From a virus (lineage: Duplodnaviria > Caudoviricetes), in IMG/VR virus record IMGVR_UViG_3300014969_000018, positions 6,658-70,657 of that record: DNA of 64,000 nucleotides; one strand, given 5' to 3'. The notes beneath the pieces are model-generated. The model saw only the letters and a program-made list of their open reading frames with translations, was not told where the DNA came from and did not search any database. Both the position numbers and the translations under genes were made by a program. Of this stretch, positions 26,236-35,280 are shown piece by piece. Within the stretch, counting starts at the first letter, position 1. Every line of letters starts with the position of its first letter.

Positions 26236-26442
26236 ATGTTCACCTCTCCCAAGCTCTACGCCAAGGCCATGCTGAACGCCTTCGACACCCACGAGCTAGC
26301 CCTCGTGAACCTCTACGAGGCGGCCAAGGCGCATCCCTCTATCCCCAACCGCTTCTGGTTCGATTGCGCCGAGGAGCTTCGCCGTATGGAGCGCACCAAG
26401 CGCACCCCCAAGGCGGTGACCGCAGGCAGCATGCAGGGCTGA
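26236..26442 (+). CDS. Hypothetical early protein
   Basis: GGAGTCTGAC RBS at 26224. Confidence 0.7.
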   Translation: MFTSPKLYAKAMLNAFDTHELALVNLYEAAKAHPSIPNRFWFDCAEELRRMERTKRTPKAVTAGSMQG

Positions 26443-26519
26443 TGTGACCCTTCGCAGCAGGCCCTGCGGGGCCTGTCACGAAGTGCCATCCCGGCCTTCA
26501 CAACAGGATGTCTGACACC

Positions 26520-27344
26520 ATGACCAATAGCTGGACGAAGCAAGGCAATAGCTGGGCAGTGCAGTGCCCGACCCAACAGGCCCCCGGCGCGGTCGTCACC
26601 GTGTCCAACCGGGCAGGTGAGCAGAAGACCGTCACACTGGGCGCGCTGCTCGCCAGCACCCGCTGGGGCTTCGTGTACGCGGTGGCGCAGGCAGCCCCGC
26701 GTGAGACCGCGCAGGTGGGCAAGGTCGATGGCATCCTCGCCCTGTTCGACCGCGTCAAGGCCAAGCGCATGAAGACCCCCGCCCTCGTCGTGGGCGTGCC
26801 GGTGACCGACCGCGACGCCTTCATCCGCCAGCACCCGCTGCTGACGCTCTCGCAGAACGTCAAGACCGGCGAGTCCTACTTCCTCGCCAAGGTCTATGTC
26901 GCGACCGCGCGCGCCAAGGTACCGGGCAGCATCACAGTGGTGAGTGCCGACAGCCGCGACCCCTACGATGACCGCTCAGTGTGGTTCGGTCGCCTGCTCA
27001 CCGATGGCACGTTCCAGCCATCCCGGAAGGCACCTGATGCGCTCGCCGCACGCCTTGCTGCCTTCGCAGCCGAGCCCGGACGCATCGCTGGTGAGGCGGG
27101 CCGCCTCGTGGGGCGGTGCTGCTTCTGCAACATTGCTCTGTCGCAGGGCAAGTCCACTGCGGTGGGGTATGGCGAGACGTGCGCCGCCAATTGGGGCCTG
27201 CCGTGGGGCAAGGATACCGAGGCCTTCGTGGCCGAGGCCATGCCCGCCCAGCCTGTCCGCAAGATCGATCTGGACGACAACCCGCAGGACTACGCCCCGG
27301 ATTACGAGGGCGACATCTACGCTGGCACCCTGCGCCGCGCCTGA
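26520..27344 (+). CDS. DUF6011-like protein with C-terminal zinc finger
   Basis: GRCCFCNIALS...S.AVGYGETCA..WG; probable start ATG 26520. Confidence 0.65.
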   Translation: MTNSWTKQGNSWAVQCPTQQAPGAVVTVSNRAGEQKTVTLGALLASTRWGFVYAVAQAAPRETAQVGKVDGILALFDRVKAKRMKTPALVVGVPVTDRDAFIRQHPLLTLSQNVKTGESYFLAKVYVATARAKVPGSITVVSADSRDPYDDRSVWFGRLLTDGTFQPSRKAPDALAARLAAFAAEPGRIAGEAGRLVGRCCFCNIALSQGKSTAVGYGETCAANWGLPWGKDTEAFVAEAMPAQPVRKIDLDDNPQDYAPDYEGDIYAGTLRRA

Positions 27345-27367
27345 CCCATGCTGGGGCGGGTGACAGC

Positions 27368-27397
27368 TTGACACCCTGTCACCCTGTCCCGTATAAG
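27368..27397 (+). promoter_or_regulatory. Sigma70 promoter with TGACA-N3-TGTCA palindrome over the -35 box
   Basis: TTGACA 27368-27373; TGACA-CCC-TGTCA 27369-27381; TATAAG 27392-27397. Confidence 0.6.
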
Positions 27398-27428
27398 AGC
27401 CGTTCCAACCCATCGAGGAGTCTGACCG

Positions 27429-29027
27429 ATGCTTACCAAGTCACAGATCGAAGCTGCCAACGTCGCGACCCTGTTTCGTGCCCGCAATTGTCTGGTCTGG
27501 TGCGTGACCTCCGAGGAGGCCCGCGTTGAGGTCAACCTCGCCGAGGCAGCCGCTGCCGCGAAGTTCAAGACCATGTTCTGGGATGTGGCTGGAGGCCCGA
27601 CCGACATGGCGGGCAACCGCCTCACCATCGAAGACCCGGCGGCAGCGTTCGCCCCCGACCCGGCGGCAGCCAACGGCAAAGACCCCGGCGCAATCCTCGC
27701 CCACATCGCGAAGCAGGCGCGCTCAGGGACCGAGCCGTGCGTGTGGGTGCTGCGGGACATGCCGACGTGGCTGGTAGGCCCGCCCATGGCCGCCACGCTG
27801 CGCGCCCTTCGCAACCTCGCCAAGAGCCTGCCGGCGGCCAAGTGCCCGCAGGCCATCGTCGTGCTCACCCCCAGCGCAGAGGTGCCCCCCGAGTTGAGCG
27901 GTCATGCGGTGGTCGTGCGTTGGCCCATGCCCGACCGCACCGAGCTTGCTGGCATGCTCGACAGGATGGCGGCGACCTACAAGCTTGACCTCAACGGCAG
28001 CCGCGATGCGTCCATCGATGCAGCGGTGGGCCTGAGCGGCGAAGAGGCGGAGTCTTGCTTCGCCCGGTCGCTGGTCGCGCTCAAGCGCATCGACCCTGTC
28101 CGCATCGCGCAGGAGAAGAAGACCATCATCGCGAAGGCAGGCCTGCTGGAGTGGATGACGCCGCTCCCCAACGGGTTCGACGGTGTCGGCGGGCTCGATG
28201 TCATCAAGACGTGGACCCTGCAGCGCAAGCTCGCCTACAGCACCGCTGCGGTGGCGTATGGCCTGCCGACCCCCAAGGGCATCTTCCTCGTGGGTGTGTC
28301 GGGCTGTGGCAAGAGCCTCATCGCCAAGGCCATCGCCACTGTGCTGGGCGGATGGCCGCTCGTGCGTTGGGACTTCGGTGCCATGAAGAGCAAGTTCATG
28401 GGCGAGAGCGAGGGCAACTTCAGGAAGGTCCAAGAGATACTCGCCGCCATGGGCCGCGTCGTCGTGCTCATCGATGAGATTGAGAAGGGCCTGTCTGGTG
28501 CCGTCAATGGCGGTGCCGATGGTGGCGTTGCTGCCGACCAGCTTGGGTCGTTCCTGACGTGGATGCAGGAGAGGCAGGATCAGGTGTTCGTCATCGCGAC
28601 CTCGAACGATGTCACCAAGCTGCCGCCCGAGCTACTGCGCAAGGGCAGGTTCGATGAGTTGTTCTGGGTGGACCTCCCGACCCACCGCGAGCGCATGTCA
28701 GTCCTTGAGGCTGCCCTGCGGCAGGCTGGACGCGGCAAGGTGTCGGTCGATTGCGGCGCAGTGGCTGACGCCACCGACAAGTTCAGCGGCGCGGAGATCG
28801 CCGCCCTCGTGCCCGATGCCCTGTTCGCAGCGTTCGCCGATGGCGAGCGTGAGCTTGCGACCTCCGACCTGATCGCAGCGGCGCGTGCGATCACACCCCT
28901 TGCTGAGACCAGCAAGGAGACCATCGACCGCATGCGGGCATGGGCCAAGGGCCGCACCCGCCCCGCCACCACCCCCGATGCAGTGGCCGAGAAGGCCGTC
29001 AGCACCGGACGCAACCTAGACCTCTGA
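27429..29027 (+). CDS. AAA+ ATPase (Ycf46-like)
   Basis: Walker A GVSGCGKS, Walker B VLIDEIEK, SRH LPPELLRKGRFDELFWVDLP; degenerate N-terminal AAA domain. Confidence 0.88.
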   Translation: MLTKSQIEAANVATLFRARNCLVWCVTSEEARVEVNLAEAAAAAKFKTMFWDVAGGPTDMAGNRLTIEDPAAAFAPDPAAANGKDPGAILAHIAKQARSGTEPCVWVLRDMPTWLVGPPMAATLRALRNLAKSLPAAKCPQAIVVLTPSAEVPPELSGHAVVVRWPMPDRTELAGMLDRMAATYKLDLNGSRDASIDAAVGLSGEEAESCFARSLVALKRIDPVRIAQEKKTIIAKAGLLEWMTPLPNGFDGVGGLDVIKTWTLQRKLAYSTAAVAYGLPTPKGIFLVGVSGCGKSLIAKAIATVLGGWPLVRWDFGAMKSKFMGESEGNFRKVQEILAAMGRVVVLIDEIEKGLSGAVNGGADGGVAADQLGSFLTWMQERQDQVFVIATSNDVTKLPPELLRKGRFDELFWVDLPTHRERMSVLEAALRQAGRGKVSVDCGAVADATDKFSGAEIAALVPDALFAAFADGERELATSDLIAAARAITPLAETSKETIDRMRAWAKGRTRPATTPDAVAEKAVSTGRNLDL

Positions 29028-29089
29028 CACGTTGACAGCACCCTGTCATTCTGGCAGGGTGCTCCCCTCGAACCCACAAGGAGTCTGCC

Positions 29090-29944
29090 ATGCAACTTTC
29101 CACTCTTCGCCCCGGCCTGCTGGTGTCGCTCAAGACATCGCTCAAGGGCAACGTCAGGTATTCCACCCTCACCCTTGAGGGCGACCACATCACCGACGAC
29201 GGCGCGCGCCGCGCACGCTGGGAGACCGAGCGCACCGTCATGGACCCGGCGGAGCACGAGGCCGGGATCAAAGCCCGCTCCCTCGCCCGGTCCCGCATCC
29301 AGTGCGTCTGCGCGAACAGTGCCTTTGGCCTGCTGTGCCCCGAGGCAAGCGCCGACAAGCTTGAGGCAGCCGTGGCCGAGGCGCGCGCCATCGTGGACGC
29401 CTTCAACCGCACCGCCACGCTCACCCGCCTCTCGTTTAATTTGATCGCGGGCAAGATCGCGCCCGACGATGTCGAGGCCATCCGCGCCATCAACTCCGAG
29501 ATGTCAGACCTGCTGGCCAGCATGGCCGAGGGCCTGTCCAACCTCGACGTGGCCAAGGTGCGTGACGCTGCCAACAAGGCCAAGAGCGTGGGTGCGATGC
29601 TCACCCCTGCGGCGCAGGAGGCAGTGCAGGCAGCCATCGACGTGGCGCGCAAGACCGCCAGACAGATCGTGACGGCAGCCGAGGAGGGCACTGCCGAGAT
29701 CGACCGCGCCGCTATCCGTAAGGTGCTCGACGCGCGCACCGGGTTCTTGGACGTGGACCTCGACGCCGAGGCACCGGCTGCCGACCCTATCCCGGAGCTA
29801 ACGCCAGCGCAGGAGGAGGAGATCAGGCAGCGTGACGACGACGCCGCCTACGCCTCGTGGCTGGACGGCGAGCAAACCGAGGAGCCCGAGGCTGTCATCG
29901 CCCCGGTCGCCACCCCCGTCCGCACCATCGACTTGGAGGATTGA
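29090..29944 (+). CDS. DUF3150-like partner protein of the AAA+ ATPase
   Basis: Helical protein with acidic tail directly after the ATPase; family assignment is from memory of this gene context. Confidence 0.55.
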   Translation: MQLSTLRPGLLVSLKTSLKGNVRYSTLTLEGDHITDDGARRARWETERTVMDPAEHEAGIKARSLARSRIQCVCANSAFGLLCPEASADKLEAAVAEARAIVDAFNRTATLTRLSFNLIAGKIAPDDVEAIRAINSEMSDLLASMAEGLSNLDVAKVRDAANKAKSVGAMLTPAAQEAVQAAIDVARKTARQIVTAAEEGTAEIDRAAIRKVLDARTGFLDVDLDAEAPAADPIPELTPAQEEEIRQRDDDAAYASWLDGEQTEEPEAVIAPVATPVRTIDLED

Positions 29945-29947
29945 GCC

Positions 29948-30292
29948 ATGGCCTGCGAGACCCGCCTCAAGCCCCGCCAGACCATCCAGCAACGTGCGAC
30001 CGAGGTGCGCGAGGCAATGGTGCGCCTCGCCGCCGCCCTCGCAGCGGGCCGCGTCAAGGTCGCCATTGGCCCCACTGGTGCGCCCGTGTTCACCGGGTGG
30101 GACGAGGCCAGCCGCGATGGCATCACCGACCTCTGCGCCTACCGCCGCATCATGGCGAGCGGCAGCGTCACCCTCATCGAGGCCATCAAGCGGGCCGAGA
30201 TGATGTCGGGCCGCCCGGTCAACCGCGCAGCGGTCGCTGCAGGGCACCACAGCCACGACGGCGGGGTGACGTGGCACACCCACAAGGGGTGA
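29948..30292 (+). CDS. Hypothetical protein in the AAA module
   Basis: GGAGGA RBS; 114 aa. Confidence 0.65.
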   Translation: MACETRLKPRQTIQQRATEVREAMVRLAAALAAGRVKVAIGPTGAPVFTGWDEASRDGITDLCAYRRIMASGSVTLIEAIKRAEMMSGRPVNRAAVAAGHHSHDGGVTWHTHKG

Positions 30293-30373
30293 CGATTGCA
30301 GCCACAGGCGGGCTCCGCTGCCCGCCTGTACCGGCAACCGCCGACCACCGACCACCAGCAACAGGAGTCTGAG

Positions 30374-30925
30374 ATGCAGACCGCCAAGATCAAGCCGCAG
30401 GGCATCTACGCCATGGAGCGCAACGGCAAGCTCGTGCGCTTCTACGTGGCCGCCATCGTCACCACCAAGGAGGCACGCAAGACCATCAATGAGATTGAGG
30501 GCTATGTGCTGGAAGACAAGACGCCCGAGGGACAACGGGGCCTCATGATCAAGAAAGACCCGGCAGACCTCATCGGCCCCTACGAGGAACAGGCCGAGCT
30601 TGTCGCGCGCCGAGAGCAAGAGGCCATCGAGCGCAAGGCCAAGGAGGAGGCCGAGCGCCTTATCGCCGAGGCCGACCGGCTGATGCTCTATCGCTTCGTG
30701 GGCGTGACGCCGAATCCCAAGGTGAAGCCCAGCGAGTACAGCCAACCCTTCAGCGTGGGCTATGGCCGCAACCTCACCATAAGGGACGATGGCGACAAGC
30801 TCATCATCGAGCGGGTCCGCGCGCTGGAGTCCGAGAGGGACCGCAAGCCCGAGAGCGTGGGCGACCCGAGCCCCGAGCTTGTCGCTGCCGCGCAGGCGCA
30901 GTGGAAGCGTGAAGGCAAGATGTGA
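30374..30925 (+). CDS. Hypothetical early protein
   Basis: Start trimmed to MQTAKIK using the GGAGTCTGAG RBS at 30364. Confidence 0.65.
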   Translation: MQTAKIKPQGIYAMERNGKLVRFYVAAIVTTKEARKTINEIEGYVLEDKTPEGQRGLMIKKDPADLIGPYEEQAELVARREQEAIERKAKEEAERLIAEADRLMLYRFVGVTPNPKVKPSEYSQPFSVGYGRNLTIRDDGDKLIIERVRALESERDRKPESVGDPSPELVAAAQAQWKREGKM

Positions 30926-30985
30926 TTGAGCCCGTGCCCATGGTTCGCCGTGGGCGCGACCGCAATCATGCGAGAGGAGTCTGAC

Positions 30986-31531
30986 ATGACAAGCTCTATC
31001 CGTACCCACACCGACGAGCGCAGGCGCAGGACCAGCAAGCCTCGCCCCCAGCACACCGAGTATTCCCACCTCACCGCCGAGGAGCTTGTCGAGCGGGTGA
31101 ACGCCGCGCGCAAGGCCATGGGCTATGCCGACACCCGCGTCAGCTATCAGGGCAGGGGTTGGTATCACCGCCGCACCTCCGGGCTTGCGTGGGCCTTCAA
31201 GGAACGCCGCTATCAGGTGGAAGATTCGCTGCGCCGGTTCGAGGAGCGCGCACGCCAGCAGGAGGCCGACCGTCCCCTCCGGGAGAAGACCGCGAAGGAC
31301 GAGCACCGCCGCCGGTCCTTGACGCTCGCCGCTGGCGACATGCTGGCTGTGCTGCGGCAGGTGCAGAACTACTTCAATGATTGCAGCGAGCCGAGCCGTG
31401 CAGCCTGCCGCGCCATCGTCCATGCGGTCATCGAGAAGGCCGAGGGCTGCCACGACCATGACTGGCACCGCGATCAATTCAACATCGAGGTGTGCGCGCA
31501 CTGTGGTGAAGAGCGGGGGGAGGGGCGATGA
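30986..31531 (+). CDS. Hypothetical early protein with C-terminal zinc ribbon
   Basis: GGAGTCTGAC at 30976; CHDHDW...CAHCG. Confidence 0.6.
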   Translation: MTSSIRTHTDERRRRTSKPRPQHTEYSHLTAEELVERVNAARKAMGYADTRVSYQGRGWYHRRTSGLAWAFKERRYQVEDSLRRFEERARQQEADRPLREKTAKDEHRRRSLTLAAGDMLAVLRQVQNYFNDCSEPSRAACRAIVHAVIEKAEGCHDHDWHRDQFNIEVCAHCGEERGEGR

Positions 31532-32727
31532 AGCCCGCAACCACTCTCATCGATGCGCTGTACCGCACGACGTTCCGGCCCAAGACCCACCCCGGCTGGA
31601 GGTCCAACACCGACATGCGCCATGCGCTGGAGAGCGCGCGGCGCTTCGTGCTGGATGACCGCATGTCCGCGTTCATGGCCGAGCTATCGAACGAGAGCTT
31701 CATCCGTGCTGGTGTGGCGGGTGACCCCGTCCCGCTGTGCTCACGCCTCGCCGATAGCTTGCGCGTGTCGGCGCGGCTGCCGCATGCCAGCATCTGGATT
31801 GAGTACCCGCTGCGCCCCTACCAGCACCGCGCATATGAGGTGCGCAAGGGGTACTTCCAGCCGCACAGCCCGCCCGTGGATAGTGAGATACCGGCGCGCG
31901 AGGGATGGCTGATCCAGCAACACCCCGGCATCGAGACCGCGCACATCATGCATCTGTTCACGTCTGGCGATGCCGTCACTGTCACCGACGACGGCATGTC
32001 GATGTGGACGTTTCCATTCACGATGGCGTGGATGGCTGATGATTCACCCTTGCCATGGCGCACGATCATTCGAGGTCCGAAAGACGGCGACAATGGCCAG
32101 AGGTGGGAAGAGCCCATAGGCGATCCCAACAACGATATCTCCCGGCGCTTTGGACATATGTCGTCCATCCTATCCGGGATACCCGGATACGACCGCTACA
32201 ACGTGGGCTTCGTGATCTCGCCGCTGATCATGGACCCGCGTCATGTTCACCCGGACTATGACCTGCATTTCCGTTACCTGCTCACGGAGTGGACCGGCGT
32301 CCTGCGCCGCGTCTGGGCGCTGCTCTCCACCATCGACCACCTGCCTATCCTCAAGGGCGACGTGCGCCTGACCAAGGGGTTCCTCGCGCGCGGTCGCATC
32401 CGCAAGTATCTCAGCCATCACACCATCACGCTCAACGTCCCGGCCAAGAAAGATACCCGGATACTGGCGAGGCAGATGATCGCCATCGCACATCGCAAGC
32501 GTCACGAGGTGCGAGCGCATTGGCGCGATGACTGGCGCAACCCGCCGAGCAAGCGATGCAACCCGCACATCTGGCAGCCGCTTGACGACAACGCCGACCT
32601 CATCCGCTGCGACCTCTGCGGTGGGCGGCAGATGCATATCCACAAGCACGAGCGTGGCGATGCCGCGCTGGGCTACGTCACGCACGACTACGCCGTGACG
32701 CATCCGACCGACCAACCCAAGGCTTGA
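31528..32727 (+). CDS. Hypothetical protein (399 aa)
   Basis: C-terminal RHEVRAHWR...CDLCGG...HKHERGD motif; coupled start. Confidence 0.7.
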   Translation: MKPATTLIDALYRTTFRPKTHPGWRSNTDMRHALESARRFVLDDRMSAFMAELSNESFIRAGVAGDPVPLCSRLADSLRVSARLPHASIWIEYPLRPYQHRAYEVRKGYFQPHSPPVDSEIPAREGWLIQQHPGIETAHIMHLFTSGDAVTVTDDGMSMWTFPFTMAWMADDSPLPWRTIIRGPKDGDNGQRWEEPIGDPNNDISRRFGHMSSILSGIPGYDRYNVGFVISPLIMDPRHVHPDYDLHFRYLLTEWTGVLRRVWALLSTIDHLPILKGDVRLTKGFLARGRIRKYLSHHTITLNVPAKKDTRILARQMIAIAHRKRHEVRAHWRDDWRNPPSKRCNPHIWQPLDDNADLIRCDLCGGRQMHIHKHERGDAALGYVTHDYAVTHPTDQPKA

Positions 32728-32779
32728 CCATCCCCTGACAATCTGTCAGGATACGCACCCACCAACCAAGGAGTCTGAC

Positions 32780-33019
32780 ATGCCTACCGACGACACCGAG
32801 GCCCTGCGCCGCGCCATGATCGAATCTGGCCAGCCGCAGCAGGATTGCGCCAAGGCCACGAAGCACTGGAAGACCGAGGCCCTGCGCGCCGAGTTCATCG
32901 TGCATGGCTTTCTCGCCCCCTTCATCATCGTCACCCGCAAGAGCGACGGCGTGAAGGGCTCGATGGAGTTCACCAACACCCCGCGCGTCTACTTCAACTT
33001 CATGCCGGATAACGACTGA
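32780..33019 (+). CDS. Hypothetical early protein
   Basis: GGAGTCTGAC RBS at 32770; GFLAPF..VTRKSDGVKGS.EF...PRVYF. Confidence 0.7.
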   Translation: MPTDDTEALRRAMIESGQPQQDCAKATKHWKTEALRAEFIVHGFLAPFIIVTRKSDGVKGSMEFTNTPRVYFNFMPDND

Positions 33020-33123
33020 TGCGCGCCCACATCGAGACGGTGGTGGTGGTCGCCCTCGTGATCGCGCTTGTGATCATGGTGGCGACCCTCACCGGCTGCC
33101 AAGTTCCCCTACGCAACTACTGA
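33019..33123 (+). CDS. 34-aa predicted lipoprotein, absent from the ORF track
   Basis: MRAHIETVVVVALVIALVIMVATLTGCQVPLRNY: hydrophobic stretch plus LTGC lipobox; TGATG coupling. Confidence 0.55.
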   Translation: MRAHIETVVVVALVIALVIMVATLTGCQVPLRNY

Positions 33124-33141
33124 ACCCAAGAGGAGTCTGAC

Positions 33142-33345
33142 ATGGTTACCAAGCTCAACAAGCCGCTTCAGTGCAGCATCTGCAAGACACCCATCCAGCC
33201 GAATCCAATCTCTGGCTGGGCCGGTGGCAACAATGCGTGGCCCGTCAACGACGGTCGCTGTTGCGACGAGTGCGACATCGAGCATGTGATCCCGCTCCGT
33301 ATCATGCGGCTGATGAAGAGCCGGTTCGAGGCGGAGGGCTCGTGA
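33142..33345 (+). CDS. Small zinc-finger protein
   Basis: CSICK...GRCCDECD; GGAGTCTGAC RBS. Confidence 0.7.
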   Translation: MVTKLNKPLQCSICKTPIQPNPISGWAGGNNAWPVNDGRCCDECDIEHVIPLRIMRLMKSRFEAEGS

Positions 33346-33346
33346 C

Positions 33347-33823
33347 ATGAACAAGACCACCCCCAGCCTGCGCGAGCTATTCGACCTCGCGTGCACTAAC
33401 GCCAAGCGCATCTTTCTGGAGGAGGGCGAGGTCTCGCCCATCTGGCATGCTATCCCGGAGGATATCGCCTCGCCGCAGCTACTGATCGCTACCCCGTGGT
33501 GCAGCGACGAAGAGAAGGAAACGGCCATCGAGGCTATACGTGAGATGTTCAAGCTGCATCGTGTCCAACGCTTCGTGTTCGTCACCGAGGCGTGGGCCGT
33601 CATGGGTGGCGACCTCGCTACCGTCTTCAAGGGCCGCCCCTCCCAGCATCCCGACCGGCGCGAGATACTGCGGGTGCAAGCAGAGGATCGCAATGGTGAC
33701 AGCCTCACCGGGAGCTATTATATCCTGCGCCCGGAGCATGGTCCTGTCACGCTGTCCCCGTTCAAGGAAGACCCGCCCCACATGGTCACCACTGGTCGCC
33801 TGTCCGGGATGCTGGCGTCATGA
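33347..33823 (+). CDS. Hypothetical protein
   Basis: 158 aa; FVFVTEAW...PSQHPDRRE. Confidence 0.65.
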   Translation: MNKTTPSLRELFDLACTNAKRIFLEEGEVSPIWHAIPEDIASPQLLIATPWCSDEEKETAIEAIREMFKLHRVQRFVFVTEAWAVMGGDLATVFKGRPSQHPDRREILRVQAEDRNGDSLTGSYYILRPEHGPVTLSPFKEDPPHMVTTGRLSGMLAS

Positions 33824-34095
33824 AGCTAGGCATCGACCGCCATATGCCTCCCACAGTCTGTCTAGGCTGTGGGGGGAAGATCGATGGTGCAACCCATGTC
33901 GGGGAGGAAGACACCACCCCTGATCCCGGTAGCGTTGTGGTCTGCATCTACTGCGGACATATCATGGCCTATGACGAGGGCTTGAAGCTTCGCGAGCTAA
34001 CACTGGAAGAGCAACTAGATGTTGCTGGTGACCCCCGCATTCTGGCAATTCAGCGTGCGCGAGCCATCGCAGAGAAAATGGAGAGAAAGAAGTGA
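33820..34095 (+). CDS. Zinc-ribbon protein
   Basis: CLGCGG...CIYCGH. Confidence 0.65.
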   Translation: MKLGIDRHMPPTVCLGCGGKIDGATHVGEEDTTPDPGSVVVCIYCGHIMAYDEGLKLRELTLEEQLDVAGDPRILAIQRARAIAEKMERKK

Positions 34096-34307
34096 CACCG
34101 CATCAATTCAAGTCGGCCCGCCGCACACTTGGCTGGGCCTATCCCAAGATCGCCGAGGTGCTGGGGAAGTCGGAGCGCGAATGCTACCGCTACTCCAACG
34201 GCACCGTGGAGATACCGGAGACCGTGGGCAAGCTCCTGCGCCGTCTGGTGCAGGACCGGCTGACCCTCAGTGAGCGCAAGTTCGAGGAATCGGTCGCACG
34301 GCTCTAG
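34092..34307 (+). CDS. XRE-family helix-turn-helix regulator
   Basis: FKSARRTLGWAYPKIAEVLGKSERECYRYSNGTVEIP. Confidence 0.75.
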   Translation: MTPHQFKSARRTLGWAYPKIAEVLGKSERECYRYSNGTVEIPETVGKLLRRLVQDRLTLSERKFEESVARL

Positions 34308-34351
34308 CCTACTCGAATCAACACACGTAACCCCTGACGATGGAGTCTGAC

Positions 34352-34516
34352 ATGGAACCCGAGGAACTGACGTTTGACGACCTCGCGCTGATGGTCGCCG
34401 AGGGTCTCGATGGCATCGAGGCCGAAACACTGGAAAAAGTCGTGCGCGTCATGTTCGACGCCACGGTCCAGTGGAGCGAAGAGAAGGACCGCTATCTCGT
34501 GACGCTGGGGGCCTGA
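34352..34516 (+). CDS. 54-aa acidic protein, absent from the ORF track
   Basis: GGAGTCTGAC at 34342, then MEPEELTFDDLALMVAEG...YLVTLGA. Confidence 0.6.
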   Translation: MEPEELTFDDLALMVAEGLDGIEAETLEKVVRVMFDATVQWSEEKDRYLVTLGA

Positions 34517-34518
34517 CA

Positions 34519-34797
34519 ATGGACATCAACGGCTTTACCCCCTCACGCCGCGTCGAGAAGAACGACAAGGGCTATACGGTATATGTTCGCCCGCCGCAGA
34601 TCATAGGCACCATGCCCGAGGTCAGCGTGACCCTCACGATAGGGCAGTACGGAAGGTACCTGCTCTGGCGCGACGGGGCACAGCTTATCCAAGACGCCCT
34701 CCCCGACCTCTCGCCCAGTGAGCGCGAGATGCTCATGACGGGCCTGACCGACGAGGACTTTGCCAAGCTCGCTGGCGAGCCCGACGAAGCCGCCTAA
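34519..34797 (+). CDS. Hypothetical protein
   Basis: LIQDALPDLSPSEREMLMTGLT; start trimmed to MDINGF. Confidence 0.65.
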   Translation: MDINGFTPSRRVEKNDKGYTVYVRPPQIIGTMPEVSVTLTIGQYGRYLLWRDGAQLIQDALPDLSPSEREMLMTGLTDEDFAKLAGEPDEAA

Positions 34798-34865
34798 GTG
34801 AGTCGCGTCTTATCTCTAAGGTAGTCGCGTCACATCCCTAAGTTTACCTGCGACAATGTGTCACA

Positions 34866-34894
34866 GTGACACGCTGGCAGGAGTGTGCTATAAT
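34866..34894 (+). promoter_or_regulatory. Strong sigma70 promoter
   Basis: GTGACA-N17-TATAAT with extended -10 TG; preceded by CGACA-ATG-TGTCA. Confidence 0.7.
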
Positions 34895-34965
34895 AGCAAC
34901 ATCATCGGGGATCATCCCGGTTCCCGGTGACCGCTGTTTGAACCGTTAATCAGGAGTCTGACAAC

Positions 34966-35280
34966 ATGACCAACAGTCATGACTATCTTGCTGTCATCCT
35001 CATCGGTGGTGGTTCCTCGTGGGGCCGCTCTCCCGACAAGGAGGAGGCGATCAGACGCGCCATCGCCAACTACCGCGACTGGGATGTCTACTACAAGGTC
35101 GCCAACACCGAGGTGATCATCAACGTCACCGACGTGCAGGGCTACAGCACCGTCGCTTGGAACGACCGTGGCATGCACGGCAAGAACGAGGCGACCGGCA
35201 AGGATGAGACAATCGACCGTCCCATCGAGCGGGTCACCCGCACCACCCCCAAGTGGCAGCGGCGGAAGACGAGGGTGTGA
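34966..35280 (+). CDS. Hypothetical early protein
   Basis: GGAGTCTGAC RBS at 34953. Confidence 0.7.
   Translation: MTNSHDYLAVILIGGGSSWGRSPDKEEAIRRAIANYRDWDVYYKVANTEVIINVTDVQGYSTVAWNDRGMHGKNEATGKDETIDRPIERVTRTTPKWQRRKTRV

Noticed and set aside
30128-30139. Possible self-target of predicted guide GACCTCTGCGCCGAGAAA
   Set aside because: Only the first 12 of 18 nt match (GACCTCTGCGCC, then TACCGC), which is plausible by chance for 36 guides in 64 kb. An exhaustive search was not possible.
29798-31540. 580-aa minus-strand ORF
   Set aside because: Shadow frame antisense to four plus-strand genes that have strong RBS motifs; no recognisable domain.
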